NCBI GenBank assembly: GCA_045628045.1
Contig: JAZQOV010000011.1
Span: forward strand, 73,470 to 137,469
From: Bacilli bacterium
GTDB lineage: Bacteria > Bacillota_I > Bacilli_A > RFN20 > CAG-826
Length of the DNA stretch: 64,000 nucleotides
Direction of reading: 5' to 3'
The position numbers and the translations under genes are program-made. Of this stretch, positions 1 through 10,289 are shown piece after piece; positions within the stretch are counted from its first letter, which is position 1, and each line of letters opens with the position of its first letter. The notes beneath the pieces were generated by a model. It worked only from the letters and a program-made list of their open reading frames with translations. It searched no databases and was not told where the DNA came from.

Positions 1-1
1 A

Positions 2-2053
2 GGTAAGCAAACTGTTACTGTTTCCTATAATGGTAATTCTACATCTTATGAAATTATCGTTAAAAGCAATGGAAAAATAATTGAAGAAAGATCCGTTTCA
101 TTAAGCATAGCAACATATGCTGCAGCTAACAGCTGGGCCAATGATACAAAATATTCAACAATTAATGCTAACTCGGATATAACATTTACAGCAGCAGGTG
201 GAGGTAATACCGGAAAATATTTTACATCCGGAAATAACTGGAGATTTTATCAAAACGAAACACCAACCCTAACAATCTCATGCCCATCTAAAGGAGTCAT
301 TAAGTCTGCTAAAATAACATATACAGTATCTAATACTGGCATTTTAACTTTTGGCTCTTCAAATATAAAATCGGATGAGACAATATCTATAAATGCACAA
401 AGTGCAGTTTTTGGTGTAGGAAATACAGGAATAGCAACTAATGGTCAAGTGCGCATTACAAATATTGATGTTCTCTACGAAATAACAATAGATGATAGTG
501 GTAAAACTTTAGAATCAATTTCTCTTTCTGGTGAATACACAACCTCATTTACTGTTGGTGATGAATTCTCCTTTGGGGGAACAGTTACCGCAACATATTC
601 TGATAATACAACTGAAGATGTAACTAGCGAAGCAACATTTAGCGGTTATGATCTTTCAACTTCTGGTGATCAAACAGTTACAGTCGCCTTTGATGACGTA
701 ACAACAACATATGGAATTATTGTAAATGAGATAGATCCAACCGCCTCATTGACTTTAAACTTTGATTTAACGAAGAATCCAGGAAATTGGCCGACAGAAA
801 ACTCAACTGCACTAACGAATTATTCATATTCTTTAAAAGGAACAGACTACACATTTAGTCTTAGGAATGTTAAATGTAATTCTGGTTATCTTATGCTTAC
901 TAAAACAGCAATTTTAGGTCTTCCAGCAATTAATGGTTATAAATTAACAACTATTGTTGCAAGCAATTCTGGTGGTTGTTCAACATCTACAAACGTTGGT
1001 GTTTCCTCATCCACAGATGTTGCAGATTATATAAGCGGTGGTGAAGCTATAAAATGGGGAACTCAAGGCTCTACATATACATATGAGTTGGCTGAAACAC
1101 AAAGCAATACCATGTACTACTTAATTGCAACGAATGCAAATGCTCAAATTGTTAATCTTGAATTAACTTACACACCTTTTGTTGAAATTAATGCAAATGA
1201 ATACTCTTTAGTAACAAATGTCAATGAATTAAGAACTGGTGATGAAATCATTTTTACCGCATATCGTAATACTAATAAAACTGCTTATACAATGAGCAGC
1301 GAATATGGCGGCCATGTTACTGCATCATCATTAACATTTGATTCTGAGAAAATGATAGCCAATGAGGATTCTATGTCTTTCATTATTGAAAGAACTGGTA
1401 ATAATTTTAGATTTAGGAATTCCTCCGGCAATTATTTATGTACAACTAAAAAAGACACTGGCGGATCAGGTTTTGAAAGTGGCACATTAACAAATAAATC
1501 ATTGTTCAATCTTTCATATGAAAATGATGTTATGAATGTTGTTGGCGTTTCAGAAAATACCGACTTCAAGGTTTTACAGTTTAACTATGCTACTGGAAGC
1601 CCACGTTTTGCGTTCTATCAAACAGCAACACAAACCCAGGTTTCTATTTACAAAAAGACAAGTCAGATTTATGCTGATTCATGGGCAAAATCCTTCTTAG
1701 AAAGCACAGATCACTGTAATGTTTCAGACTGGTCAGCATTAAAGTCTTCATACAATAATTTACAGGACATCGTAAAGGAAGAAATTTCTAGTGTCGAAGC
1801 TAATGCTTCTACTGACTATTCATTAAGAGCTCAAGCAATGGCAAGATATGATTACATGCTTGCTCGTGGTGATATTGACCAAGCAAATAATTTCATTTCT
1901 GAAAGAGGTGTAGCAGGTCATAGACCAGTTCTTATAGGTTCAATTCTTTTGGAAAATGATAATACACTTTTGATTGCAATTATCTCATTAGTTGGAGTGT
2001 CTATTATTGGTGGTTATTTCTTTGTGAAACGCCGCAAAAATGAGGAATTATAA
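2..2053 (+). CDS. Cell-surface protein with bacterial Ig-like repeats and C-terminal membrane anchor (5'-truncated by window edge)
   Basis: Frame of the 449..2053 ORF is open back to base 2. Contains an Ig-like repeat (LESISLSG...FTVGDEF...FSGYDLSTSGDQTVTV), a C-terminal hydrophobic helix and a basic tail (VKRRK). Confidence 0.75.
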   Translation, partial: GKQTVTVSYNGNSTSYEIIVKSNGKIIEERSVSLSIATYAAANSWANDTKYSTINANSDITFTAAGGGNTGKYFTSGNNWRFYQNETPTLTISCPSKGVIKSAKITYTVSNTGILTFGSSNIKSDETISINAQSAVFGVGNTGIATNGQVRITNIDVLYEITIDDSGKTLESISLSGEYTTSFTVGDEFSFGGTVTATYSDNTTEDVTSEATFSGYDLSTSGDQTVTVAFDDVTTTYGIIVNEIDPTASLTLNFDLTKNPGNWPTENSTALTNYSYSLKGTDYTFSLRNVKCNSGYLMLTKTAILGLPAINGYKLTTIVASNSGGCSTSTNVGVSSSTDVADYISGGEAIKWGTQGSTYTYELAETQSNTMYYLIATNANAQIVNLELTYTPFVEINANEYSLVTNVNELRTGDEIIFTAYRNTNKTAYTMSSEYGGHVTASSLTFDSEKMIANEDSMSFIIERTGNNFRFRNSSGNYLCTTKKDTGGSGFESGTLTNKSLFNLSYENDVMNVVGVSENTDFKVLQFNYATGSPRFAFYQTATQTQVSIYKKTSQIYADSWAKSFLESTDHCNVSDWSALKSSYNNLQDIVKEEISSVEANASTDYSLRAQAMARYDYMLARGDIDQANNFISERGVAGHRPVLIGSILLENDNTLLIAIISLVGVSIIGGYFFVKRRKNEEL

Positions 2054-2514
2054 TGAGCGAGATTAAAGTGCTTGTTAACAATTCCAAAGCAAAATTCCTC
2101 TATTTTTTAGAGGATTTTTTGGAATGTGGTATTGAACTCAAGGGTTCTGAGATTAAATCAATTAGGCAAAATGGCGCATCATTAAGAGACTCATATGTCA
2201 TCTTCAAAAATGAAGAAGCATTCATCTTAAATATGAACATTGCTCCTTATGAAAATGGTAACAATTTTAATCATGAACCAAATAGAACTCGTAAGCTTCT
2301 TCTTCATAAGAATGAAATACTTAAATTAGAGAAGAAGGCTAAAGAGAAAGTTATGACTATTGTGCCTACTAAAATTTACCTCAAAAAAGGCAAAGTTAAA
2401 GTAGAGATCGCTTTAGCGAAAGGTAAGAAATTATTTGATAAACGTGAGACCATCAAAAAGCGTGATGATGAACGCATGATGGCAAAGATGAAAAAGGGAT
2501 TCGAAAGACAATAA
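2053..2514 (+). CDS. smpB: SsrA-binding protein SmpB
   Basis: Motifs LECGIELKGSEIKSIR, RTRKLLLHK and KGKKLFDKRETIK. Confidence 0.97.
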   Translation: MSEIKVLVNNSKAKFLYFLEDFLECGIELKGSEIKSIRQNGASLRDSYVIFKNEEAFILNMNIAPYENGNNFNHEPNRTRKLLLHKNEILKLEKKAKEKVMTIVPTKIYLKKGKVKVEIALAKGKKLFDKRETIKKRDDERMMAKMKKGFERQ

Positions 2515-2621
2515 TGAATCTCTTTTTTATCACTCATTATTAATAAATTAATAACTAATTGCGCGCAAGCGGATTCACTTGCTCACGCACGTATAAATAA
2601 GTAAAATATTCCTAATTAATT

Positions 2622-5600
2622 ATGGAAAAAAAGCACAAAATATTTTCTTCGATAGGCATTTCTGCGATTGCACTTTTCTCTCTCGTTATTGCAGAACGTG
2701 GAATCGATGGATCTTTTTTGTCTGCAAAATTTCGTAATGTAAGTCAATACGGTTTATCACTTAATTCATCAAACTCATTTGCTGGTGGTAGTGGAACCAA
2801 AGTTGTTTATACAAATGGTAGCAATCCAGTTACATTTTCATACACTTCTTGTTCTTCATTAAGTGGTGGACACGTAAAAATTAATGAAAACGGAACAATT
2901 GCTAACGAAGATCATATTAGATCTATAACTGGTGTTACACCTGTTTTTACATGCTCCAGCGAAGCAACTAGTTTTGAATTTAGAGCATCATATGATAAAG
3001 AAACTTGGGGTCAATGGGGGTCTTTAGCAAGTGGTAAAACACGTCAATTTGAATCTGGACCTTATTACTTTGAATTTAAGGCTATTAATGGAGCAGTTAA
3101 TTTAACTTCTCTTAATTTTGAATATTCATGTGAAAGAAATTGGACTGTCGAACCAGAAGGTGAAGATAGTGGAACTAAAGAATTTGTGAAAGTTGCATCT
3201 GCTTTGGATGACTATGCTGGAACATATTTAATTGTTTGTGAATCAGAAGGTGTTGCATTTGATGGTTCTTTAACTAAATCTACAAGCACAGCGATTAGTG
3301 CTTCAGGAAATAAATTCGCTGTCACAATCACTGATGGAAAAATTGCCTATACAGACGATATTGCTAACAAAGTTTTTGAAATTACTGATGACGGTGAAGA
3401 CTCTAGTGGTAATATGACTTATCAAATCACATCACATTCGGGATATAAAATTACAAATACTGCTGATAGCAATTCTATGAGCGTTTTAGATGTTGATGAT
3501 GATACAGACTATTATAACTGGATTGGTTTTTGTGATAATGATGGATCAGATAATGATTTCTATATTAAGGGAAGCGGAGGATCTTATTTAAGATACAATT
3601 CATCTAATACACAGTTCAGATATTACAAATCATCAACTTACAAAGGACAAGCAGAAGTTTTCTTGTATAAATTATCAAATGGATCTGTCCCGATTGGAAT
3701 TCCAGAATATGAAGCAAAACTTCAAATAACTGATAATAATTCCGATAACTATATTTATGGTCATTCATTAAGTGAATCATTTGGAACTGAAGATTTTAAA
3801 GCATCTGTTTTAATGTCTAACGGAACTGAAACAGCCATTGATCCAAGCCAATTAACTATTGATATTGAAAAAGGTGGTGCACATTATGCATCTAATACCG
3901 CGCTTAATAGCGAAGGCACTTATAACGTTACAATTTCATATGGAGAATTAGCTCCAGTTAAATATCAAATCACAGTAAGTAAGATTGCTGTTGCATCTGT
4001 TACTTTTGATAAGAGCTCATTACGCTTGAAACCATCAGAAGATTACACACTTACTGCAACTGTATTACCAGAAACTGCATTTGACAAGTCTTTGACTTGG
4101 ACTTCTACAAATAATTCAGTTGCGACAGTTTCTACATCGGGTAAAGTTACTGCTGTAGCTGATGGAACTGCAACAATTAAGGCAACCGCAAATAATGGTA
4201 TATATGCATCTTGTGAAGTTACTGTTGCTTCAGCAGGACTTGTTGATCCAGGAATGCAAGCAGCTTATGAAGCAGCTATTGCTTTAAGCAATTCCTCCGA
4301 ATCTAACAGTTCGTATGAATTTACTGGTGTTGTAGTTGGCACAAGAACATCAGGATCAAATAAAGATGTGTATGTCCAAAGTGGCGATTATGCACTAGAC
4401 GTTTATAACAGTGGAAAAACGATGGCTTATAAAGATGAAGTCACTGTAAAATCCACATTAACAAAATATTCTGGAATTCCTGAAACAAAGACCATTAAGT
4501 CGTTCACAAATAATGGTCAATCAGTGTTGCCGCAAGCAAATGTAATTAATTCTGCATCAGATTTAGCTGATGCTAAGATTAATACATTATTAAATGCATC
4601 TGGAACAATTAAAACATTAAGTGCTTCAGGGTCGAGCATTACGGGTTCAAACGATGTTACAATTACTTTAACTACATCAAATGGCGACATTGCTGTTTTT
4701 GCAAAGAAGAATTCCTATAGCGGAATAAAGACAACTCTCCAAGGATTTAAGGTCGGAGATATCATGAATATCGAAAATGGTATTAGAGGTATTTACAATA
4801 CAACTGACCAAGTTTTACTTGTTTCAGAATCAGTTGTTACAAAAGGTACTCCAGTACACGTTGATGTTACAGGAATTACAGTTTCTCCAACAAATGTTGA
4901 TGTCAACGTTAATAGCACAACAACATTAACTGCAACAATCGCACCAGCAAACGCATCTAATAAAGGTGTTGTTTGGTCTTCAAGCAACTCAAATGTCGCG
5001 TCTGTTAATCAAAATGGTGTTGTTTCAGGTCATATTGCAGGACAGTCTGCAACTATTTACGCAAAATCAGCTGAGAATAATTCAATTTCGGCTTCATGTA
5101 CAGTTAATGTTAAAGCAATATCAGTTCAATCCGTGTCTTTAGATCAAAATACTGCAACTATAGCTATTGGTGAAGAATTGACATTAACTCATACAATCTC
5201 ACCATCTACTGCATCTAACCAAAATGTAACATGGTCAAGTAATGATCAATCTGTTGCAACTGTTAGCAATGGTGTTGTTTCGGCGTTAGCTGAAGGTGAG
5301 GCAACTATTACAGTTAAGACTGATGATGGAAATCACACAGCAAGTTGTGTTGTTACTGTTACTGAAAAATCAGCAGTAAAAGAATGGGTTTTAGTTACTA
5401 CGGCATCACAATTAATTAAAGATAACTTATATGTTATTGCTTGTAATTCTAAAGGCACAACTGCCGGAGATATTAGCAGTTCAATCATGGCTTCATTAGG
5501 TTCTACTTTTAGCAATGACAAATCAAAAATTACAACATTAAATAATGATACAGTTCAATTAAAACTTGGTGGTACTACTGATAAATGGACATTTGCCAAT

Positions 5601-8165
5601 TCAGATGGTGATTTATTAGGTGCTACTGCAGTAAAGAAACTTGCATGGGGCAGCGGCACAACAACTTGGAAGATTACATTCTCTGGAAATGATTGTAACT
5701 TAACAAATACATCATCAAGTTATGGAAGCATGTCATATAACTCAAGCAGTCCAAGATTTACTACATATAGTGCAACACAAACTGCAATTCAACTTTATAC
5801 TCTAACTGGTGGTGCAACTCCAACTCCAGAACCAACATTAGAATCAATTAAGGTTGATTCAAGTTCTCATAGAACATTCACCGTAGGTGATACTTTCGCT
5901 AAAGAAACCATTATGGCTGTTTATTCAGACGGTAATGAAGTTGATGTTACAAGCGAAGCAGCATTCTCTGGTTACAACATGAATTCTGCAGGAACTCAAA
6001 CAGTCTCAGTTTCATATGGCGGAAAATCAACTTCATATCAAATTACTGTTAATGCAAAAGTTGTAACATTAACAAGCATTACTGTTTCTGAAAATCATAG
6101 AACATTTAATGTAGGCGATACTTTCGTTGGAGAAACTGTCACTGCTTACTATAGCGACGGATCTCATAAAGAAGTAAATGCAACATTCTCTGGTTATGAC
6201 ATGAGCACTGCTGGTACATATACCGTAAGTGTTTCATACACTGAAGGTGGAATCACAAAAGACACATCTTATACAATTACAGTTAAATCTTCAGGATCTG
6301 GTGGTGGCGGAGCATCAGGAACACATACAATTTTATCTTCCGATGTGCCAACTTCATATGAAACAGATGGTGAAAAAACTGTAGATGATATCACATATGT
6401 GTTTAATCAAGTTGCTAATTCATATACACCTGGTTATATGCAATGTAAGAAGAGCGTTTCTTATATTTACAACAAAACCGCTATTGCCGGTTTAAAGTCT
6501 ATTAGTATTAATACAAGTAGCAAATCTTGGGGTGGCTCAGTTTATTATGGAACTAGTGAAGAACCATCTGCAAATAAAGCAACTTTAAGTGGTGGAAAAT
6601 ATTCCATTCCTTCTGGAAACTCATATTTTAATATTGTTACAAATGGATCAACTGGTTATATTGAATCAATTGATATTGAATACTCAACAACTCCTGTTAA
6701 TCCAACAGCTATTTCAATAAGTGGTGAAAATGAATTAACTCCAGGTTCAAGTACACAATTATCGCTTTCATTTAGCCCAAGCAACTGCAATGTTAAAGAT
6801 GTTACTTGGTCTTCAAATAATACTTCAATCACAGTTGATCAAACTGGAAAAGTTACAGTTTCAAGTACCGCTAAAGTTGGTGCTACTGCAACTATTACAG
6901 CAACTTCAAGAGAAGTTGGAACAGTAAAAGGAACATTCACTATTACTGTTGTAGATAAACCGGTTGTTCAAAAAGATGCGTGGACAATGCTCATTTATAT
7001 GTGCGGTGCTGATTTGGAGAGTGGGTATGCATCCAATAATGATGGCTGCGCAACAGATGACTTAAAAGAGATCTATTCTTTGAGGAATAGTTTGCCTGAC
7101 GATGTGAACATCGTTGTTCAAGCCGGCGGCGCTAAGGCTTGGTCATCTGAATATTCTTCCGTTATTAGCAAGGATAAAAGAAATAGATTCCACCTTACAA
7201 AATCTGGTTATGTAAAGGATTCACAAGATAGTAGAGTTAATATGGGGTCAGAATCTTCTTTGGAAGACTTTGTTGAGTGGGGTTTAGAAACTTACCCGGC
7301 CGAAAAGGTTGGATTGGTTTTCTGGGATCACGGTAGTGCTATGGGAGGTTGCTGTTTTGATGAACAATATAGCAGTGATGGACTTACTCCAGCTGAAGTA
7401 GCATCAGCAGTGCCAACAGCAATTTCAAAATCTGGATACAATCAAAATCTCGAGTTTATTGGATATGACTGCTGCTTGATGTCTATACAAGACATTGCCG
7501 GATTAAATGCTCAATATGCAAATTATATGATTGCTTCGCAAGAATCTGAATGGGGTTATGGTTGGTCATATGATAAATTTGTTGATAATTTAATGAGTAA
7601 GAAATCAACAACCACGATTCTAAAGGCTTGCGTTGATGGTTTCTCTCAAGATACAACTTCTTCCTATAATAACTGGGGTGATCCAAATGATCAAACCTTA
7701 GCGTATTACAACTTACAAAATTGGGCTGCATACGAAAATGCTTGGGAAGATTTTGCTGACTACTTAAGCACTAGCGTTATTAAATCGTCTAGCAACTGGA
7801 CTACATTTACCAAAGTGGTAAACCAAGCTCAAAAATACGGGTATGATAGTGATTCAAATTATCAAAAGTATAATGGAGGTTATTGCTATGATATTTTCGA
7901 TGTTAAGGATTTCCTTAACAAGATTAAATCTAGCAACGATTATAAGAATAATAGTTCACTAATGACCAAGGTATCTACAATTGAAACAGCATACACTGGG
8001 TTAGGTATTTATAGTAAGTGTGGGTCTGCCGCTGGTAATTCAAACGGACTATGTTTCTTCTGCCCATTATCTGGTTATAATGAGATAGATGGAGAATATG
8101 CCTCAGCAAATACAAGATTTAAAGAATGGCGATCACTTTGCGTTGAATACGGTAAATGGTATTAA
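2622..8165 (+). CDS. 1847-aa secreted/anchored protein with multiple Ig-like domains and a C-terminal clostripain-family (C11) cysteine peptidase
   Basis: N-terminal hydrophobic segment; repeated Big_2-type motifs (TWSSSN..VATV...G.V). C-terminus has WTMLIYMCGADLES, WDHG (catalytic His) and GYDCCLM (catalytic Cys), typical of C11. Confidence 0.85.
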   Translation: MEKKHKIFSSIGISAIALFSLVIAERGIDGSFLSAKFRNVSQYGLSLNSSNSFAGGSGTKVVYTNGSNPVTFSYTSCSSLSGGHVKINENGTIANEDHIRSITGVTPVFTCSSEATSFEFRASYDKETWGQWGSLASGKTRQFESGPYYFEFKAINGAVNLTSLNFEYSCERNWTVEPEGEDSGTKEFVKVASALDDYAGTYLIVCESEGVAFDGSLTKSTSTAISASGNKFAVTITDGKIAYTDDIANKVFEITDDGEDSSGNMTYQITSHSGYKITNTADSNSMSVLDVDDDTDYYNWIGFCDNDGSDNDFYIKGSGGSYLRYNSSNTQFRYYKSSTYKGQAEVFLYKLSNGSVPIGIPEYEAKLQITDNNSDNYIYGHSLSESFGTEDFKASVLMSNGTETAIDPSQLTIDIEKGGAHYASNTALNSEGTYNVTISYGELAPVKYQITVSKIAVASVTFDKSSLRLKPSEDYTLTATVLPETAFDKSLTWTSTNNSVATVSTSGKVTAVADGTATIKATANNGIYASCEVTVASAGLVDPGMQAAYEAAIALSNSSESNSSYEFTGVVVGTRTSGSNKDVYVQSGDYALDVYNSGKTMAYKDEVTVKSTLTKYSGIPETKTIKSFTNNGQSVLPQANVINSASDLADAKINTLLNASGTIKTLSASGSSITGSNDVTITLTTSNGDIAVFAKKNSYSGIKTTLQGFKVGDIMNIENGIRGIYNTTDQVLLVSESVVTKGTPVHVDVTGITVSPTNVDVNVNSTTTLTATIAPANASNKGVVWSSSNSNVASVNQNGVVSGHIAGQSATIYAKSAENNSISASCTVNVKAISVQSVSLDQNTATIAIGEELTLTHTISPSTASNQNVTWSSNDQSVATVSNGVVSALAEGEATITVKTDDGNHTASCVVTVTEKSAVKEWVLVTTASQLIKDNLYVIACNSKGTTAGDISSSIMASLGSTFSNDKSKITTLNNDTVQLKLGGTTDKWTFANSDGDLLGATAVKKLAWGSGTTTWKITFSGNDCNLTNTSSSYGSMSYNSSSPRFTTYSATQTAIQLYTLTGGATPTPEPTLESIKVDSSSHRTFTVGDTFAKETIMAVYSDGNEVDVTSEAAFSGYNMNSAGTQTVSVSYGGKSTSYQITVNAKVVTLTSITVSENHRTFNVGDTFVGETVTAYYSDGSHKEVNATFSGYDMSTAGTYTVSVSYTEGGITKDTSYTITVKSSGSGGGGASGTHTILSSDVPTSYETDGEKTVDDITYVFNQVANSYTPGYMQCKKSVSYIYNKTAIAGLKSISINTSSKSWGGSVYYGTSEEPSANKATLSGGKYSIPSGNSYFNIVTNGSTGYIESIDIEYSTTPVNPTAISISGENELTPGSSTQLSLSFSPSNCNVKDVTWSSNNTSITVDQTGKVTVSSTAKVGATATITATSREVGTVKGTFTITVVDKPVVQKDAWTMLIYMCGADLESGYASNNDGCATDDLKEIYSLRNSLPDDVNIVVQAGGAKAWSSEYSSVISKDKRNRFHLTKSGYVKDSQDSRVNMGSESSLEDFVEWGLETYPAEKVGLVFWDHGSAMGGCCFDEQYSSDGLTPAEVASAVPTAISKSGYNQNLEFIGYDCCLMSIQDIAGLNAQYANYMIASQESEWGYGWSYDKFVDNLMSKKSTTTILKACVDGFSQDTTSSYNNWGDPNDQTLAYYNLQNWAAYENAWEDFADYLSTSVIKSSSNWTTFTKVVNQAQKYGYDSDSNYQKYNGGYCYDIFDVKDFLNKIKSSNDYKNNSSLMTKVSTIETAYTGLGIYSKCGSAAGNSNGLCFFCPLSGYNEIDGEYASANTRFKEWRSLCVEYGKWY

Positions 8166-8197
8166 AAAATGCACAGGAGATAATCCTGTGCATTTTT
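8165..8197. terminator. Bidirectional intrinsic terminator
   Basis: aaaaaatgcacagga-gataa-tcctgtgcatttttt between convergent genes. Confidence 0.85.
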
Positions 8198-8216
8198 ATT
8201 AATCTAAAATAAATAT

Positions 8217-8753
8217 TTATTTTATCTTATTTAATTTTAATAATGGTTTCACTAGAAGCGGAACCACAATGATATAAAGAATTGATGTAGTAATTGTGGT
8301 AGCAGCTCTTGTGAAAATTGTTAACCACACTAAACCACTTGGGTATTCATAAATAAGAGCATCAAGCCAAATAACAAATGAATTAGATAATGTCACAACA
8401 AGGCCTGATAAGATAACAACAAAAGCCCAATAAAGTTTGTCTTTTGTGAGGTCTTTTTTCCTCATCATTAAACCCACAATAAGGGCTCTAAAAACATGAG
8501 GTAAAATCCATAATGGAGTTGTGGGAGTTAAACCATATGGACCAATGAGTTGATTGAAAAATTCCCCGGAAATCGCCACCAAAACGCCATCAATTGGGCC
8601 TCCAATGACAGATGAGAGGATGATTGCAATTCCCTTAAAAGTGATCTCTTGACCAGGGAATCTAATCGTCACAAAAGATAGTGCAATATAGAGTGCAAGT
8701 GATAACCCAAGAAAGGTTAATCTAAATACAGGTTTTTTGTTTACTAGCGTCAT
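8217..8753 (-). CDS. ECF transporter S component (folate-family-like)
   Basis: 178 aa, about 6 hydrophobic segments, LTFLGLSLAL...ITFKG...GPIDG pattern typical of S components. Confidence 0.7.
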   Translation of the reverse strand: MTLVNKKPVFRLTFLGLSLALYIALSFVTIRFPGQEITFKGIAIILSSVIGGPIDGVLVAISGEFFNQLIGPYGLTPTTPLWILPHVFRALIVGLMMRKKDLTKDKLYWAFVVILSGLVVTLSNSFVIWLDALIYEYPSGLVWLTIFTRAATTITTSILYIIVVPLLVKPLLKLNKIK

Positions 8754-8942
8754 TATTGTGCTTCTTTATTTATGTGAAAAATTATAGCAAACCCATTTAA
8801 AAATAAAAGAAGCTCAATAAGTAAGTAAACAAATTTCTAACCCGTGCGCACTTTCAAGGTTAAAGTGTGCGCGTGCGAGGCAAAAATTTTTGCTTTTTTA
8901 AGTAAAAATATTTTGTTAAACTTTGGTAGCGGAGAAAAATTT

Positions 8943-9614
8943 ATGAAAAAATTTAAAACATTATTTACTATCTTATGCCTCGGTGGTCTTTGGGGATTAC
9001 TTGAAGCTACACTTGGAACCTTACTTCATCTTCCAGTAATTCATGAAGTTGTTTTCTTTGGTTCTACAGCAGTTTTACTTCCAATTGCCTATTTAATTAC
9101 TGGCAGAGCATATAAAGTTACTGGCAGAGCCAGAGCAGCCTTATATGTTGGCTTAGTAGCAGCCGCTATTAAATCAGTAACATTTGCATTTGGACTTCCA
9201 GTTCAATATGTCATTAACCCAATGGTTTCTATTCTTTTAGAATCATCAGTTATGGCTGTTGCATTTAAAGTTAGCAAACCTGCAAATGTTTGTTCACCTA
9301 AATCATTCGTTACATTTGTTGTTGCATCTTTAGCATTTAGAGTCATTTATGTTGGCTATTCAATGGCTACAGCAGAACCATTCGGATCAGCATATTTAGT
9401 CGCTGGTTCAGTTATGTGGAATGCCATTATTGACTACGTTATTGTTGCTCTTGGAATCTCATGTATTTACGCTGTTATTTACATGCTTGTTGGAACACTC
9501 TTAACACGCAAAATATCCGTAAAATCCCTGGAAAAAGTCCAACATTTTGCCTATTCTCCAGTATTTTCTATTGTGATGATTGTAACTGCAGTTGTCGCAA
9601 CAATATTGTTATAA
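8943..9614 (+). CDS. Integral membrane protein, possibly an ECF-type substrate-binding component
   Basis: Probable start is ATG 8943 after a GCGGAG SD (the track starts at 8844). About 6 TM segments; GGLWGLLE motif. Confidence 0.55.
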   Translation: MKKFKTLFTILCLGGLWGLLEATLGTLLHLPVIHEVVFFGSTAVLLPIAYLITGRAYKVTGRARAALYVGLVAAAIKSVTFAFGLPVQYVINPMVSILLESSVMAVAFKVSKPANVCSPKSFVTFVVASLAFRVIYVGYSMATAEPFGSAYLVAGSVMWNAIIDYVIVALGISCIYAVIYMLVGTLLTRKISVKSLEKVQHFAYSPVFSIVMIVTAVVATILL

Positions 9615-9627
9615 TTTGAATTATATT

Positions 9628-9655
9628 TTGAAATTTATTTTCGCTGTGTTATATT
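9628..9655 (+). promoter_or_regulatory. SigA-type promoter, sRNA unit 1
   Basis: TTGAAA-16 nt-TATATT with extended -10 TG. Equivalent elements in unit 2 (10091-10118, TTGTAA) and unit 3 (10562-10589, TTGTTA). Confidence 0.7.
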
Positions 9656-9661
9656 ATTTGT

Positions 9662-9728
9662 GACGGGTACTGGTTTGTGCACGTAATAAAAGGATGTCAG
9701 GTTGCTGCCTGGCATCCTTTCTTCATTT
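9662..9728 (+). ncRNA. Putative antisense antitoxin sRNA 1
   Basis: Lies between the promoter and the terminator hairpin aaaggatgtcagg-ttgctg-cctggcatccttt. Its 5' part (9664-9677) is directly repeated at 9739-9752, so it is complementary to the convergent mRNA. Confidence 0.7.
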
Positions 9729-9754
9729 TAAGCAAAGGCGGGTACTGGTTTGCG

Positions 9755-9817
9755 CTAGTTGCTATTAAGCATTACGAGTAACACTAGGATAACAACTAGC
9801 ACCAGAAGGTACTCGAT
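9755..9817 (-). CDS. Putative type I toxin peptide 1 (20 aa, IEYLLVLVVILVLLVMLNSN; AUC start inferred)
   Basis: Hydrophobic frame conserved in all three units; GGAGG 9 nt upstream of ATC. Confidence 0.65.
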   Translation of the reverse strand: MEYLLVLVVILVLLVMLNSN

Positions 9818-9873
9818 AGCAAGTATCCTCCCTTCTGACCAAGCACCCGCGGTTGCCCGTAGATCTTGATCAT
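9796..9873 (-). CDS. 25-aa leader ORF 1 (MIKIYGQPRVLGQKGGYLLSSTFWC)
   Basis: GGAGG SD plus ATG; same length and stop position in all three units. Confidence 0.55.
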   Translation of the reverse strand: MIKIYGQPRVLGQKGGYLLSSTFWC

Positions 9874-9919
9874 ACCTGCCTCCATTTAAAACTATCCGAT
9901 TTTATTAATCGGCGAGCAC

Positions 9920-9954
9920 ATTATTTCACAACGTATATTCCTCTTGTCAAGAGG
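9920..9954 (-). promoter_or_regulatory. Promoter for toxin mRNA 1, with a palindrome over the -35
   Basis: TTGACA (9945-9950) with a weak -10 (TGAAAT or AATAAT); cctcttg-t-caagagg palindrome at 9940-9954. TTGACA is conserved at 10416-10421 and 10877-10882. Confidence 0.6.
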
Positions 9955-10123
9955 TCAAAAAAGTTACCTATATTAATATAGAAACTAAGATTTACTTATA
10001 ACTCTAGAACTATACTTATATTAATATTAGGTAAAAAATTTTTAATTTTTGTTTATATATTGTTTCTAGTACTGGTGAATTGTTTTTTCTTTGTAAATAG
10101 TTTTGAATGTGTTATATTATAAG

Positions 10124-10186
10124 CGATAGATACTTAGGCGCTATCAAATGAAAAGATATCAGGTTCCAGCCCGATATCTTTTTTTC
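10124..10186 (+). ncRNA. Putative antisense antitoxin sRNA 2
   Basis: Promoter upstream; 5' hairpin gatag..ctatc; terminator aaaagatatc..gatatctttttt; 10124-10137 repeated at 10197-10210. Confidence 0.7.
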
Positions 10187-10217
10187 GTTTTGAACTCGAT
10201 AGATACTTAGACGTTAG

Positions 10218-10289
10218 TTATTGCTTAGAATTATCTTGAATTATTTCAAGTAAAACAAGGACAATAACTAGCATAACCAGATACTGGAT
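10218..10289 (-). CDS. Putative toxin peptide 2 (23 aa, IQYLVMLVIVLVLLEIIQDNSKQ), frameshifted by a 13-nt insertion
   Basis: GGAGG-9 nt-ATC. Removing 10235-10247 restores a 20-aa peptide collinear with units 1 and 3. Confidence 0.55.
   Translation of the reverse strand: MQYLVMLVIVLVLLEIIQDNSKQ

Noticed and set aside
2515-2621. tmRNA next to smpB
   Set aside because: The gap is ~100 bp and has no tRNA-like ends
8754-8942. THF or other riboswitch for the ECF S component
   Set aside because: A TATAAT sits only ~28 nt upstream of the start, leaving no room, and no aptamer motif is visible
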